From Candidatus Woesearchaeota archaeon (GTDB taxonomy: Archaea; Nanobdellota; Nanobdellia; Woesearchaeales; GCA-2686295), in contig JABMPT010000011.1 in the NCBI GenBank assembly GCA_013202845.1, forward strand, positions 7,669 through 71,668: a stretch of DNA of 64,000 nt, written 5' to 3'. This document shows, one piece after another, positions 37,463 through 47,900 of this stretch. The translations under genes and the position numbers were made by a program. Position 1 is the first letter of the stretch, and each line of letters opens with the position of its first letter. The notes below the pieces were generated by a model that worked only from the letters and a program-made list of their open reading frames with translations, was not told the origin of the DNA and searched no databases.

Positions 37463-39367
37463 ATGGGTGAGTTAAAAAGAACTTTGAATTTTCCTGTCAT
37501 ACTTCTGATAACTATAAACTCTATTATGGGCACTGGTATCTTCTTCCTACCAGCATTAGGGGCAAAGATTGCAGGTCCGATGTCCATCATTTCATGGCTG
37601 ATACTATCAGTTATCTCCATCTATATTGCAATGTGTTTTGGAGAACTTGCAAGCATGTTCCCGAAATCTGGTGGAATATATGAGTTCTGCAAGCAGGCTT
37701 ACGGCAGTTTCACTTCCTTCCTTGTTGGATGGATGACTCTTATAGCAGGTAACATAACAATAGCAATGCTTGTCGTAGGTGCCATAAGATACCTTAATCC
37801 AGGACTTCCAGATGTTCTCAAGATAGCTATAAGCATTTTATTCATATTAGCATTTAATTTCATGGCTTACAAGGGCATGAAAACAAGTGCTGTTATGCTT
37901 GTCGCTTTTGCAATAATAACCTTGTTGTCAATTCTTGGATTAATAGTTCCGGGAGTAATGTCAATGGATTTCAACAATGTTGTTCCTTTTTTCACACATT
38001 CATGGCCACTTGTATTAATTGCAATATTTTTCATTGCAGAAACATTTTTTGGCTGGGAGACTGCCACGTTCTTGTCTGAAGAGACAAAGAACCCAACAAG
38101 GGTTATTCCAAAAGCTCTTGTCATGGGCACAATCATCATAGCCATAATCTGTATATTATTTGTAGTAACTTCTTTAGGTTCGATTCCTTGGGAGACATTT
38201 GGAAATTCACAGGCTCCATTAACAGACTTAGCGATATTCCACTATGGAGACATGGGAAGGAGTATTTTCACAATCCTTGTCTATCTGTCAATAATAGGCA
38301 GTGTTGCAGGTTGGATAGTATCATCTCCAAGACTGATACTTGCATTGGCTAAGGACAAGCTATTCATAACCCAGTGTGCAAAGATTCATCCTAAGAATCA
38401 CACACCTCACGTTGCCATAATATTCCAGACAATTCTTACAATCATACTGGTGATAGTAGGCTCTGGATCTTATGAAACACTGCTTGAATTATTGCTTCCG
38501 CTCGTTTTAATCATATACTCTATGACTTTACTGAGCCTTGTAGTATTGAGGTTCAAGATGCCTGAAGTCGAAAGGCCTTACAGGGTTAAATTCGGAAAGC
38601 TCGGACCAATAATCTTGATATTGATAATGCTAGGATTGGTTGGATTCTGGGCAACAAATATCGAAGGAGCAACCAATATACTAAAGATAGGAGCTTCATT
38701 CATAATATTCGGCATACCTATATATTTCCTATTATTATTCTACTATGATCCTGACGCGATTATCAAGATTAACAATTACTTCGCATTCTTTAATCTGCTA
38801 TTTGAAAATATCTTACTTCCTAAGTCTGTCAGAAAGGATATACTGTCAAAATTTGAGGATATAAAGGATAAACATATTCTTGAGTATGGTTCTGGCGTCG
38901 GTACTTTGACACTCCACCTAGCGGAAGCTGTAGGTCCAAAAGGCAAGATATATGCCACAGATCTCAGCGATAAGAATCTTCACATATTAGAAAAAAGGTT
39001 GAAGAAGCGCGGCTATGATCATGTCAAGGTAATACATGACGAGCATCACGTCAGCAGGATTCATCCAAACATAGAGTATGTTGATATGATATTCTCTGTC
39101 GGCATGATGGGTTATATGCAGAATATCAGGAAAGTACTGTCGGATATGAAAGATATACTGCCTGAAAATGGTCGGATATTCCTAGCAGAGTATGTTGACT
39201 TCTTCTGGGTGTTGCCGAATGTTGAATGGCTTTCCTCGAATGAGAAGATTGAGAAGCTTTTCAGGGAAGCAGGTTTCTCTGTCAGAGTCATAAGAAAAAA
39301 AGGCTTTTTCTGGAACTATGTCTTTGTCTATGGCATTAAATCAGATCAAGATGTTCCATTCATTTAA
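37463..39367 (+). CDS. APC amino acid permease fused to a class I SAM-dependent methyltransferase domain
   Basis: IMGTGIF, ELASMFPKSGG.Y, LSEETKNP and many hydrophobic helices, then ILEYGSGVG...GPKGKIYATD. Confidence 0.88.
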   Translation: MGELKRTLNFPVILLITINSIMGTGIFFLPALGAKIAGPMSIISWLILSVISIYIAMCFGELASMFPKSGGIYEFCKQAYGSFTSFLVGWMTLIAGNITIAMLVVGAIRYLNPGLPDVLKIAISILFILAFNFMAYKGMKTSAVMLVAFAIITLLSILGLIVPGVMSMDFNNVVPFFTHSWPLVLIAIFFIAETFFGWETATFLSEETKNPTRVIPKALVMGTIIIAIICILFVVTSLGSIPWETFGNSQAPLTDLAIFHYGDMGRSIFTILVYLSIIGSVAGWIVSSPRLILALAKDKLFITQCAKIHPKNHTPHVAIIFQTILTIILVIVGSGSYETLLELLLPLVLIIYSMTLLSLVVLRFKMPEVERPYRVKFGKLGPIILILIMLGLVGFWATNIEGATNILKIGASFIIFGIPIYFLLLFYYDPDAIIKINNYFAFFNLLFENILLPKSVRKDILSKFEDIKDKHILEYGSGVGTLTLHLAEAVGPKGKIYATDLSDKNLHILEKRLKKRGYDHVKVIHDEHHVSRIHPNIEYVDMIFSVGMMGYMQNIRKVLSDMKDILPENGRIFLAEYVDFFWVLPNVEWLSSNEKIEKLFREAGFSVRVIRKKGFFWNYVFVYGIKSDQDVPFI

Positions 39368-39533
39368 GTTTTTCAAGATAGCTTAGAAGTTTGAAGTATT
39401 CCTTAGTACAATCTCTACAGTATGTATTCTCAGGTAAACCTCTCATACAGAACTCAGCTGTTTCTTTGCAGACTACACAACTTTTCTGCTCTAATTCCTT
39501 CTCGTGATTTCCAACTTCTCTCTTGATTGACAT
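39360..39533 (-). CDS. Small zinc-finger protein (57 aa)
   Basis: Hand translation MSIKREVGNHEKELEQKSCVVCKETAEFCMRGLPENTYCRDCTKEYFKLLSYLEKLK; two CxxC pairs; below the ORF-track cutoff. Confidence 0.65.
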   Translation of the reverse strand: MSIKREVGNHEKELEQKSCVVCKETAEFCMRGLPENTYCRDCTKEYFKLLSYLEKLK

Positions 39534-39640
39534 GAATATTAAGAGCTGAGATTAGTTACTTGGTGTTTTTCATTTAAAAAATTTGCGATTTCTCGTGTGT
39601 TTTCGCAAGATATATAAACAGACCATTCTTCTTTTTGACA

Positions 39641-39991
39641 ATGCCTGGAAGATTTGATAACACACCTAAAACAGAAGAAGAGATTCAGGAAGAGATTCGT
39701 AGAGTCAAACTTCCTCGTGGCAATCAGACCTTTGGCATTCTTGAAAGAAGGCTTGGTGGAAGCAGATGCTCAGTCCGTTGCCTCGACGGTAAAACAAGGA
39801 TTTGCAGGATTCCTGGAAGATTGAAGAGAAGGCTTTGGGTCAGGGAAGGAAACGTTGTTCTTATAGAGCCATGGGAACTCGGTGGAGATGAGAAAGGAGA
39901 TATAATCTTCAAATATAAACCTACACAAACTCAGTGGCTGAAGAAAAAAGGTTATTTAGATAAATTAGATGAGTTCGACGAGTTTAGCTAG
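39641..39991 (+). CDS. eif1a: Translation initiation factor aIF-1A
   Basis: RVKLP...[30 protein letters not shown]...KGDII. Confidence 0.96.
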   Translation: MPGRFDNTPKTEEEIQEEIRRVKLPRGNQTFGILERRLGGSRCSVRCLDGKTRICRIPGRLKRRLWVREGNVVLIEPWELGGDEKGDIIFKYKPTQTQWLKKKGYLDKLDEFDEFS

Positions 39992-40407
39992 TTCTTTTCA
40001 TTCCATAAATAGAGTATTAATCCTATAACTCCTATTGTTATGAATGCGTCTGCAAAGTTGAATACAGGCCAGAATTTGAAATCTATAAAGTCTATTACAT
40101 GTCCTCTGAAAACTCTGTCTATTAAATTGCCAACCACTCCTGTTAGTAATAGAACATAGAATAGATACGCTTTCTTAGGTATATGGTCATAGAATCGTAT
40201 TAAAACACCTATGACTATGAGTGAAATCCATATGAACAGCATGTTTGAATCCTTGAAGATTCCCCATATAGCTCCTGTGTTCTTGACGAGAGTTATTGCA
40301 AATATTTTCAGGTCAATAGAAGGAACTTTTAATGTAATAACTATTTTTGTGAGTTGGTCTAATATTAATAAAACTAAAAATATTAGAAAGTTTTTCTTAG
40401 CTACCAT
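39988..40407 (-). CDS. lspA: Signal peptidase II (lipoprotein signal peptidase)
   Basis: [33 protein letters not shown] with both catalytic Asp motifs. Confidence 0.9.
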   Translation of the reverse strand: MVAKKNFLIFLVLLILDQLTKIVITLKVPSIDLKIFAITLVKNTGAIWGIFKDSNMLFIWISLIVIGVLIRFYDHIPKKAYLFYVLLLTGVVGNLIDRVFRGHVIDFIDFKFWPVFNFADAFITIGVIGLILYLWNEKN

Positions 40408-40778
40408 ACTGACTTTTTCTTGTTTTTTTCAGCTGACGCCTCTGTTAATTTCTCTATCCTCTGCACTCGCTGGTTGATGGAGTCTAGCTCTGATTTTATT
40501 GTATCCAGTTTGGATGATATGAGTTCAAAGTCATTTGATGATTGCTGCAAACCTGGCTGTGGACTCTGCCCTACTTCTTCAAAGTTTGATTTCTCGTTGA
40601 GACTAAGAGGTTTGTCAACTGTTCCTTCCTGACCTATAGGGTTTCCAAGAATATCATCTTTTACAGGCTCTAAACCTAATTGATCAACCATGTCAGTGCT
40701 TGTATCTTGTGGCAGCGTATCTCCCAAGCCAAGGTCATCATGTTTCTTCCAGAACTTAATCTTGTCCATTAAACCCAT
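40401..40778 (-). CDS. Hypothetical protein with C-terminal coiled coil
   Basis: ELISSKLDTIKSELDSINQRVQRIE heptads; overlaps lspA. Confidence 0.7.
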   Translation of the reverse strand: MGLMDKIKFWKKHDDLGLGDTLPQDTSTDMVDQLGLEPVKDDILGNPIGQEGTVDKPLSLNEKSNFEEVGQSPQPGLQQSSNDFELISSKLDTIKSELDSINQRVQRIEKLTEASAEKNKKKSVW

Positions 40779-41641
40779 TATTCTTCAACCCCACCCATGA
40801 CTTTTTGCATCGCAACTTTAACTATAGCATCAGGTGTCGCGCTAAGAGTGTTAAATATCAAACTGCTTGGATAAACATCCACTTGTTTGCTTCTGAAAAA
40901 ACCAATTATAGGTGTCAAATCCCCAAGATTATCTATAACAGTTCCCAAAGCCATTGCAAACAAAACTCCTCTGATGTCAGCATCGAAATTTTCATTTATT
41001 ACTTCTTTGATAGCATCTGGAGTGAACTCTCCATCTCTAGAGACTTTCCAAGCCAATGAATTCAGAGGATCATCTGTTCTTAAAACCTCAAGAGCTTCAC
41101 CAACAGTTAATTCAATATCTCCAAGACTTAAAACCTCATCTTCCTTTCCTTCAAAGATAGATATATCGAAAATAAAGAGTTTATAGTAAGAAGAAGCTAT
41201 TTTATCTAAATCTTCTTCAGCATAGCGGCTCTTATATCTGTTAAGGACTGCTTCTTCAGGGAATTTGAATGGCATATCTGAACCTTCTTCATCTTCTCTG
41301 ATGGTTAGTCCTCCTTTATCTATTATATCTTTAGTGCTGGCATTAATCAATCTTTGCTCATAGATATCAGCACCCGTCCTTTGATACACAGGTTTCAGGA
41401 TAACACCTGCTAAGAGATTATCATCATCTTTCAACAAGAAAAGACTACTCCCTTTAGTGATCCCTTCCTTGAAATTCACAGCGTCATTTACAACAAAAGA
41501 GCCGAAAACAACTAAGAAAATGATGAACAAGAAGAAGAAGAAACTTAGGAACTTGAAGAAAACCTTACCAAATCTAAAAGCAAGGATAATGCAAACAACT
41601 GCGATGATAATAGCGAAAAAAGCAATGAATGCTGGGTTCAT
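40778..41641 (-). CDS. Hypothetical membrane protein
   Basis: Two N-terminal hydrophobic helices; GAGGTG RBS. Confidence 0.7.
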   Translation of the reverse strand: MNPAFIAFFAIIIAVVCIILAFRFGKVFFKFLSFFFFLFIIFLVVFGSFVVNDAVNFKEGITKGSSLFLLKDDDNLLAGVILKPVYQRTGADIYEQRLINASTKDIIDKGGLTIREDEEGSDMPFKFPEEAVLNRYKSRYAEEDLDKIASSYYKLFIFDISIFEGKEDEVLSLGDIELTVGEALEVLRTDDPLNSLAWKVSRDGEFTPDAIKEVINENFDADIRGVLFAMALGTVIDNLGDLTPIIGFFRSKQVDVYPSSLIFNTLSATPDAIVKVAMQKVMGGVEE

Positions 41642-41712
41642 GAAATTACACCTCGAAAAGTTATCTTTAGTTATTAATATATAAATGTTTTTCTTTGTTA
41701 AAGGAAATATTT

Positions 41713-42390
41713 TTAGGTAAAAATCTCAATACAATCGTTTTTTAGAGAATCATCCAGTATGTTGTAGCAAAAAGAAGAGTCATCAAATGAGAGCGCATCT
41801 AGATATTCTTGTCTATCAATACTTTCTTGCTGAGAGATAGTGTATATCCCTTGTTCTCTGTTGGCAAGTTCTTGCTGCAAGAATTCTTTTTCTTCTTTCA
41901 AAGCAATTATTCTCTTGCATAAAATCCTTTTAATTTCATCATCTACATTGAGACATTGTTTTATATTATTAGTTAGTATAGCTGCACGAACAGTTTTCAT
42001 ATCAGAGTCTTGCGATAGGATTAAAGTTTCACATTGATACTTTAAGTCAGCATTTGTTATGAACTCACATTCAACATTAGACAGACTCAAGAAAGCGTCA
42101 TTGAAAGCATCCATATCCTGAACTGGTGTGTTAATGAAATTTTGTCTGGTTTTCTTTCTTTCTTCAAGTTTTTGAAGAAAAGTATCTAGATTCTGCTGAT
42201 TATTTCTTTCCCACTCTTCTATTCTCTCTTCTTCTTCCTGTCTCAATTCATACCACTCACCTATTTTATCTATGGGTATATCAGGAGGTAATTGACGAAA
42301 AATGTAGAAACTATAAACAACTATCATAAATAAAACTATAAAAATTATTGAAACAATAATTTTTTTATTCATTGTTTTGTTATATCTCAA
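41713..42390 (-). CDS. Membrane-anchored protein with three Cys-pair repeats
   Basis: N-terminal TM; CEFITNADLKYQC, CLNVDDEIKRILC, CYNILDDSLKNDC. Confidence 0.75.
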   Translation of the reverse strand: MRYNKTMNKKIIVSIIFIVLFMIVVYSFYIFRQLPPDIPIDKIGEWYELRQEEEERIEEWERNNQQNLDTFLQKLEERKKTRQNFINTPVQDMDAFNDAFLSLSNVECEFITNADLKYQCETLILSQDSDMKTVRAAILTNNIKQCLNVDDEIKRILCKRIIALKEEKEFLQQELANREQGIYTISQQESIDRQEYLDALSFDDSSFCYNILDDSLKNDCIEIFT

Positions 42391-42401
42391 ATTAACTCAC
42401 C

Positions 42402-44954
42402 TCAGGAAAAAGCGTGGTTCGGCAAAATACAATTGACAAACAAATCACCTGTCTCAGTTATTAACATTAGTGCGTTTGAATCTTGTTTGACTAAAAAGTC
42501 CTTACCAGGAGTACTTTCAACATTGTCAGATTCAAAAATATTTTGTACATATAAATCTCCATTCTTTGTGATTGAAGCAACAACATCTCCACTAGAGGTT
42601 CTTATATCGAACGCCACAAAATTATTAGGATTTATTTGAGTATTATTAATCGCATCACCTTTTAGAGCTAATATACTATTTACATCAAGTGAAGCAACTG
42701 TTTCCCCATCATATTTTATCACGAAATTTCTACCTGACTCTGTAAAATCCTGATGATAACATCTTCTAAACACAGTAGATCCTTCAAATATCAAGTTACC
42801 AATTTGATCAAAGATATACACAACATCATTTCTCCTAGTCCTTGAACCCTTATAATCATAAACATAATGTATCTCTGCTAGGTTTGGTTTAGTCACCTTT
42901 ACAAGTTGTCCCTCTTCATTATAATCATACAAAGTTTCCAATGTTTGACCATCAGTGATTAGTTGTTCTTTTGATATGAATCCTCTTGGATCATAAAAAT
43001 ATGTGTAAGTTTCGCTGTCTGATGTAATAGTTAATAACTTGTTTGTTCCGTATTCATAGTTATAACTTCTCGTTAACCCACCTTCTATCCTCGAGAGCAT
43101 ATTTCCAATCCTGTCATAAGTATAAGAAATAGAGTTTCCAAAATAGTTGCTGTCAGTTACACTTGTTAATCTGTCTAAAGGATCATATTCTAAACCAAAG
43201 TTCATTCCTGTCATCGCAACAGTTAACGCATTACCTTCAATATCATAAGTGTATTGTTCATTTAACAACTCTGGAATAATGTTTGAAGAGCTGTCCTTTG
43301 AAGAAACATCTTGTATTCGGCCACTTGGATAATAATTATAATCAAAAGATATTTGTTGATCGCTTAATCCAAACCTGATTTCATCTATCGCTGAAAATGG
43401 GCCATAATCGTATTCGACTAAATTCTGAGGATTAGTTGAAACGCCATCAACAGAAAAACTCTTTAATCGGCTAAGAAGATCATAATCATAGTTAATCACC
43501 CTTCCTGCAGGGTCAATCATTTCCTTAATATTCCCAGATTTATCATAGATATAACTAGTTAGGAAAGTGTTCTCAACAAATCTTGTTGCAGTAGTTCCTC
43601 GCTCTATTTGTATATCATCAACGTATCTTGTCCCTGAAATAGGATTGGCAACATTTGTGTATCCAACATGGAGCGCTAGGTAGTCTGGAGTACAAGCAGG
43701 ATTAACAGTGAAAGTCTCTGTTATTCTTTGCCAAGCACTAGAAGCAGGATTCGGACCATGACCAGAGAACGTTTCAGAACCACAATCAGTATAAGACATA
43801 AGACCATGACTAACTCTTAGATCATCTCCAATTATTCCTGGAACAACTTTAGCCCAAAGACTATAAGTATAAGTTTCTCCAGGAACAAAAAACCTTCCTG
43901 GAACATTAATCTGATATTCAACTCTATCAACCATTTTCAAAGAATAAGTTCCAGAATGAGCCTCTTCAGTTGTTATTGAATAATCTCCATAACTATCAGA
44001 GGAAGAGTAGAAAAGAATATCTCCCCCAGTCCCAAACCCAGGATTTACCAATAAATTAACAGCATTATCAGATTTCATCTCAGACAAAATTCTTCCTTTC
44101 TTATCATAAAATAAAAATGTTGTTCCTGACGAATCGTCAACCATAAAAAGTCTTCCCATAGAATTATCATATGTATTGCCGGGACTTTCTGAACCACAAG
44201 CATCATAATAGTAACTCCTTAATTTAGTTTTGCCAGATATAACACACTGACCTCCAATGCATGTTTCTTGAGAGTCACAATCAGAACTATCAACACATTG
44301 ATCACAAGTACTAATACTATCACAAAAAATCTCATCTACAACAAACCCATCACAATCATTATCTAATCCATCACAAACTTCAACAGCTCCTGGCTTAGTT
44401 GCAGCGTTGTCATCATCACAATCAGTTCCTTGAGTTTCAGAACAACCACCAGGAACACAACCATAAGAATCACAAGTGCCAGAAACACTTTCAGATCTAA
44501 CTCCATCACTATCTGAATCACAGAAAAAAGTATAAGAACAAACTCCTCCATCATCAACACCATTAGCACAATCATTATCTACTCCATCACAAACCTCTGT
44601 AGCTCCTGGCTTAATTGCAGCGTTACCATCATCACAGTCAAGTAGTGTTGTAGGAGAACAACCAGCAGGAGTCAGACCTTGAAAAGTATCTCCATCACCA
44701 TCATTACAAGGAAGAAAACAAGAACCACCTTGACAAATATATCCTGGGTTACAATCACTACCAGCATATCCCTCCTGACAGTCATAACCGTCCCCCGGGA
44801 ATCTTTCACTATAATCGGTACATGTATTCTCATCAAAGCAACTACAACCTCCTGGACAAGCACCAGTGATAGCAGAAACTGAAATAGTATTTAAAAAGAA
44901 TAAACTTATCACTAGCAAAAGCAATCCAATGTAATTAATTATTTTTTTATTCAT
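42402..44954 (-). CDS. Secreted YD/Rhs-repeat protein (shell segment 4) with MopE-like metal-binding repeats and an inserted CBM4/9-like domain
   Basis: Signal peptide; two DCDD.NAA.KPGA.EVCDG.DNDC repeats; YDKKGRI; NLLVNPGF...YVDDIQIE; many YDxxGN/YDxLxRL repeats. Confidence 0.8.
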   Translation of the reverse strand: MNKKIINYIGLLLLVISLFFLNTISVSAITGACPGGCSCFDENTCTDYSERFPGDGYDCQEGYAGSDCNPGYICQGGSCFLPCNDGDGDTFQGLTPAGCSPTTLLDCDDGNAAIKPGATEVCDGVDNDCANGVDDGGVCSYTFFCDSDSDGVRSESVSGTCDSYGCVPGGCSETQGTDCDDDNAATKPGAVEVCDGLDNDCDGFVVDEIFCDSISTCDQCVDSSDCDSQETCIGGQCVISGKTKLRSYYYDACGSESPGNTYDNSMGRLFMVDDSSGTTFLFYDKKGRILSEMKSDNAVNLLVNPGFGTGGDILFYSSSDSYGDYSITTEEAHSGTYSLKMVDRVEYQINVPGRFFVPGETYTYSLWAKVVPGIIGDDLRVSHGLMSYTDCGSETFSGHGPNPASSAWQRITETFTVNPACTPDYLALHVGYTNVANPISGTRYVDDIQIERGTTATRFVENTFLTSYIYDKSGNIKEMIDPAGRVINYDYDLLSRLKSFSVDGVSTNPQNLVEYDYGPFSAIDEIRFGLSDQQISFDYNYYPSGRIQDVSSKDSSSNIIPELLNEQYTYDIEGNALTVAMTGMNFGLEYDPLDRLTSVTDSNYFGNSISYTYDRIGNMLSRIEGGLTRSYNYEYGTNKLLTITSDSETYTYFYDPRGFISKEQLITDGQTLETLYDYNEEGQLVKVTKPNLAEIHYVYDYKGSRTRRNDVVYIFDQIGNLIFEGSTVFRRCYHQDFTESGRNFVIKYDGETVASLDVNSILALKGDAINNTQINPNNFVAFDIRTSSGDVVASITKNGDLYVQNIFESDNVESTPGKDFLVKQDSNALMLITETGDLFVNCILPNHAFS

Positions 44955-44957
44955 CTT

Positions 44958-47900
44958 CTATGAATTATAAACATTGATTATTCTTCCTAAACTATCATAA
45001 GCGTATCTTATAGTGTTACCTGCAGGGTCAGTCTTTGTCTTGACTTTTCCACCAAGGTCATAAGTGAAATGAAATATTCCTGCATCAGGATTTTGAGCGC
45101 TGCTAAGTCGCCCCATAGTATCATAAGTATTAACAATTTCATAAGTGTCATAATGATCAGTTGATGGGAAAACAACTTTCAACAAGTTTCCAAGGATGTC
45201 ATATTCATATTCATAAACAACACTGAAGTCAGGGGACCCGCCACATGAACCTGAGCTAATAATTGCTCCTTCTGACAAGAAACAATCGGCTGGACAAGTA
45301 CAAGGAGGGGATAGAGTTGTAATAAAAGCAGTACAAGAAGCACACCGGGTTATTGTTCCACCACAACTAGCTCCTAAAAGAGGAGAATATATGATTGTTC
45401 CCTCTTCTTCAACACAACCTGCTGGACAGGCACAAGCAAGATATGAAGTTGCATCACAACTAGTGCATTCATCTAATAATATATGTATGTCACCATATTG
45501 ACCATGCTTACCTTCTCTTCCATCTTTAGCATCATGCCTTCCACCACCACCAGCCATGCCTTTATCTCCTCCTTCACCTCTATTAACACTATATCCGCCT
45601 CCAGTAGGATAAGCAAATCTATTAGTAGTTGAACCAACAGCGACCACTACAGTTCCGCCGTTAGCTCCGTAAGCACCACCACCACCAGCGCCGTGCTCAC
45701 CATCATCCAAGTCACCATCAGTATCATCTGTTCCACCATTGCCACCATCACCACCATCACCACCATCAACCATTAACTTTCCACTGCCTGTTAGAGTATC
45801 AGCAATTATGACAATCGCCCCTCCTGTTCCACCAGCGCCACCACCAGCACCACCACTTCCGCAATCACCATCACCTTCTTGAGAAGAGCAATCATCACCA
45901 TCATCATCCTCAGGAGCTCCGTCACCGCCATCAACACCTGATTGTCCAGAAAAATCTATGTCTCCATCAAGAACAACATTAACAGCTTCAATCACTATAT
46001 AAGCCCCTGGCAACCCTCCACTACCTCCGCTTCCACCTCCAGTACTATGTTGACAGCTCTCTCCATTTCCACTGCATTCACTACCATCTGTACCGCTGGT
46101 TCCTTTGTAAGCAGATGTAGAAGCTGGAAGGTTATTAATGTCGTCCGTCCAATACAATCCCCCACCAGTTCCACCAGTTCCACCATCACCACCTTCTCCA
46201 CCCCAGTGAACACCTTGTCCTCCTGGCACAAGATAACCTCCTGTCATATCATAAGACCCTGCAGAAGCATTTATTCTTCCTGAGCCTGTTATGACCAAGT
46301 TGTTGAAGTAATAAGTTGTCCTTAGAGGACCATTGCCTGTAAACGGAAGAATCAGAGATTGTCCAGAACTTATAGTGCAGTCGACAGGCGCCTCATCAGG
46401 GTGCACATCATAACCTTCATCACAAGTTATAGCTGACTGAAGCGGTAAACACTCAGGATCTCGAGACACCCAGTGAGTCCCATAACAAAAACCAGCACCG
46501 CCGTTGCAGGAGTCACCATCATTAATCCATGCTCTATAACAGGATGCCATTCTGCTATCACCCCAGCAATCATCAGCATCGTCACACGGCCAATATGTCT
46601 GCACACATTTATCAGTCACAGTATTATAAGTAAATTCAATACCATTCGCATCTCTAGAGGCATAACCGATTGGGAAATTGGCGCATTCATTAACATACTG
46701 ACAGCCACAATCTACACAAGTCCCTAAATACTGAAAATCCTCACAACCGCTTTGTAACTCGCAAGCGTCATTCGAACCACTACAATCACGTAAATCATTG
46801 CAGTCATAAGGGCTTGGGCAACCGTTTCCAGGATAAATACCTGCGTTGTTATCATTGCAATCTTCCCGACAATCAGAGCATATCTTGCTTGCAGGGCTGC
46901 CAAATCCATCACCATCCAAATCCTTGCAAACACAGATGCCTTCAGGACTCACAATGCCTTCTGCATCTCCCAATACGCTTTTATCGCAATAAGAACCTAC
47001 ATCTGTATAATCAGTGGAATCCCAACAAGCCCAGACTCCATAGTTGGATTCCTTACAAGCATAGTCAGAGTCCGGACAACAACCGCTACCATCAGAAGCT
47101 CCCCCTGAACAACCAGAATGCGTTGGTTCAAAAGACACATAACCCTGTCCTTCATTAATATAATTAGCTGAATGACTCGAATCATACCTGCCTTCCCACC
47201 ACCAGAAATAGGTTGAGTCACTGTAATTATAATGATATCCTGCATGACAATAATCATCTATTAAAGCTTCAGGGACTACTGGTCCAGAAACACAATCACC
47301 TTGGTAGCAGACTTCACCAGGACAAGTGTTCTCATTAAACAAACCATCACAATTATTATCATATCTATCACAAATTTCAGTCGCGCCAGGACTTCTACAA
47401 ACAGCACAAGAAAAAATATCTGGCGATTCACTAGTTCCAGCAACTAATTCTACGTTATCTACATAAAGATCTGCAGCACTATAACGACGCTGAGTATCAG
47501 AACAATCAGTACAACTAACAACTTCGCCAAGTGAGTTGCGACATATCGAATAGTCAATGAATAATCTTATAATCTCATTATCATAATTTGCTGTGAAAGT
47601 AAAACTATCATGAATGGGCACATAGTCATAAACTCCATAATGATCGCCCATTCTAGAAAGAGAAACATTGTGACCTGCACTACACCAAGTATCACCTCCA
47701 CATTCAGAAGCAGGTTTATAAAAACCAATATATGCTACAGGATCATAATCACGGGTATAAGCATAATCATCTGTTCCATAAGCATAATCAAAAGATAATG
47801 TGTAAGTGTTTCCAGCAACAGTAGCTACTGACTGATAAATAGTTACTGATTCAGATCCATCGGAAACATGTAAACGAACTCTAGTTCCACCATTTACATA

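Noticed and set aside
44350-44645. Two ~70-bp near-identical DNA repeats, possible CRISPR or DGR template/variable pair
   Set aside because: They are in-frame coding copies of the DCDD...EVCDG.DNDC motif; there is no spacer array, cas gene or reverse transcriptase in the window
44952-44960. In-frame TAG AAG ATG junction suggesting amber readthrough between the 1151-aa and 850-aa genes
   Set aside because: Readthrough would bury a signal peptide mid-protein; TAG is an ordinary stop elsewhere in the window (rps7, aIF-2gamma, aIF-1A), and no pyrrolysine genes are seen
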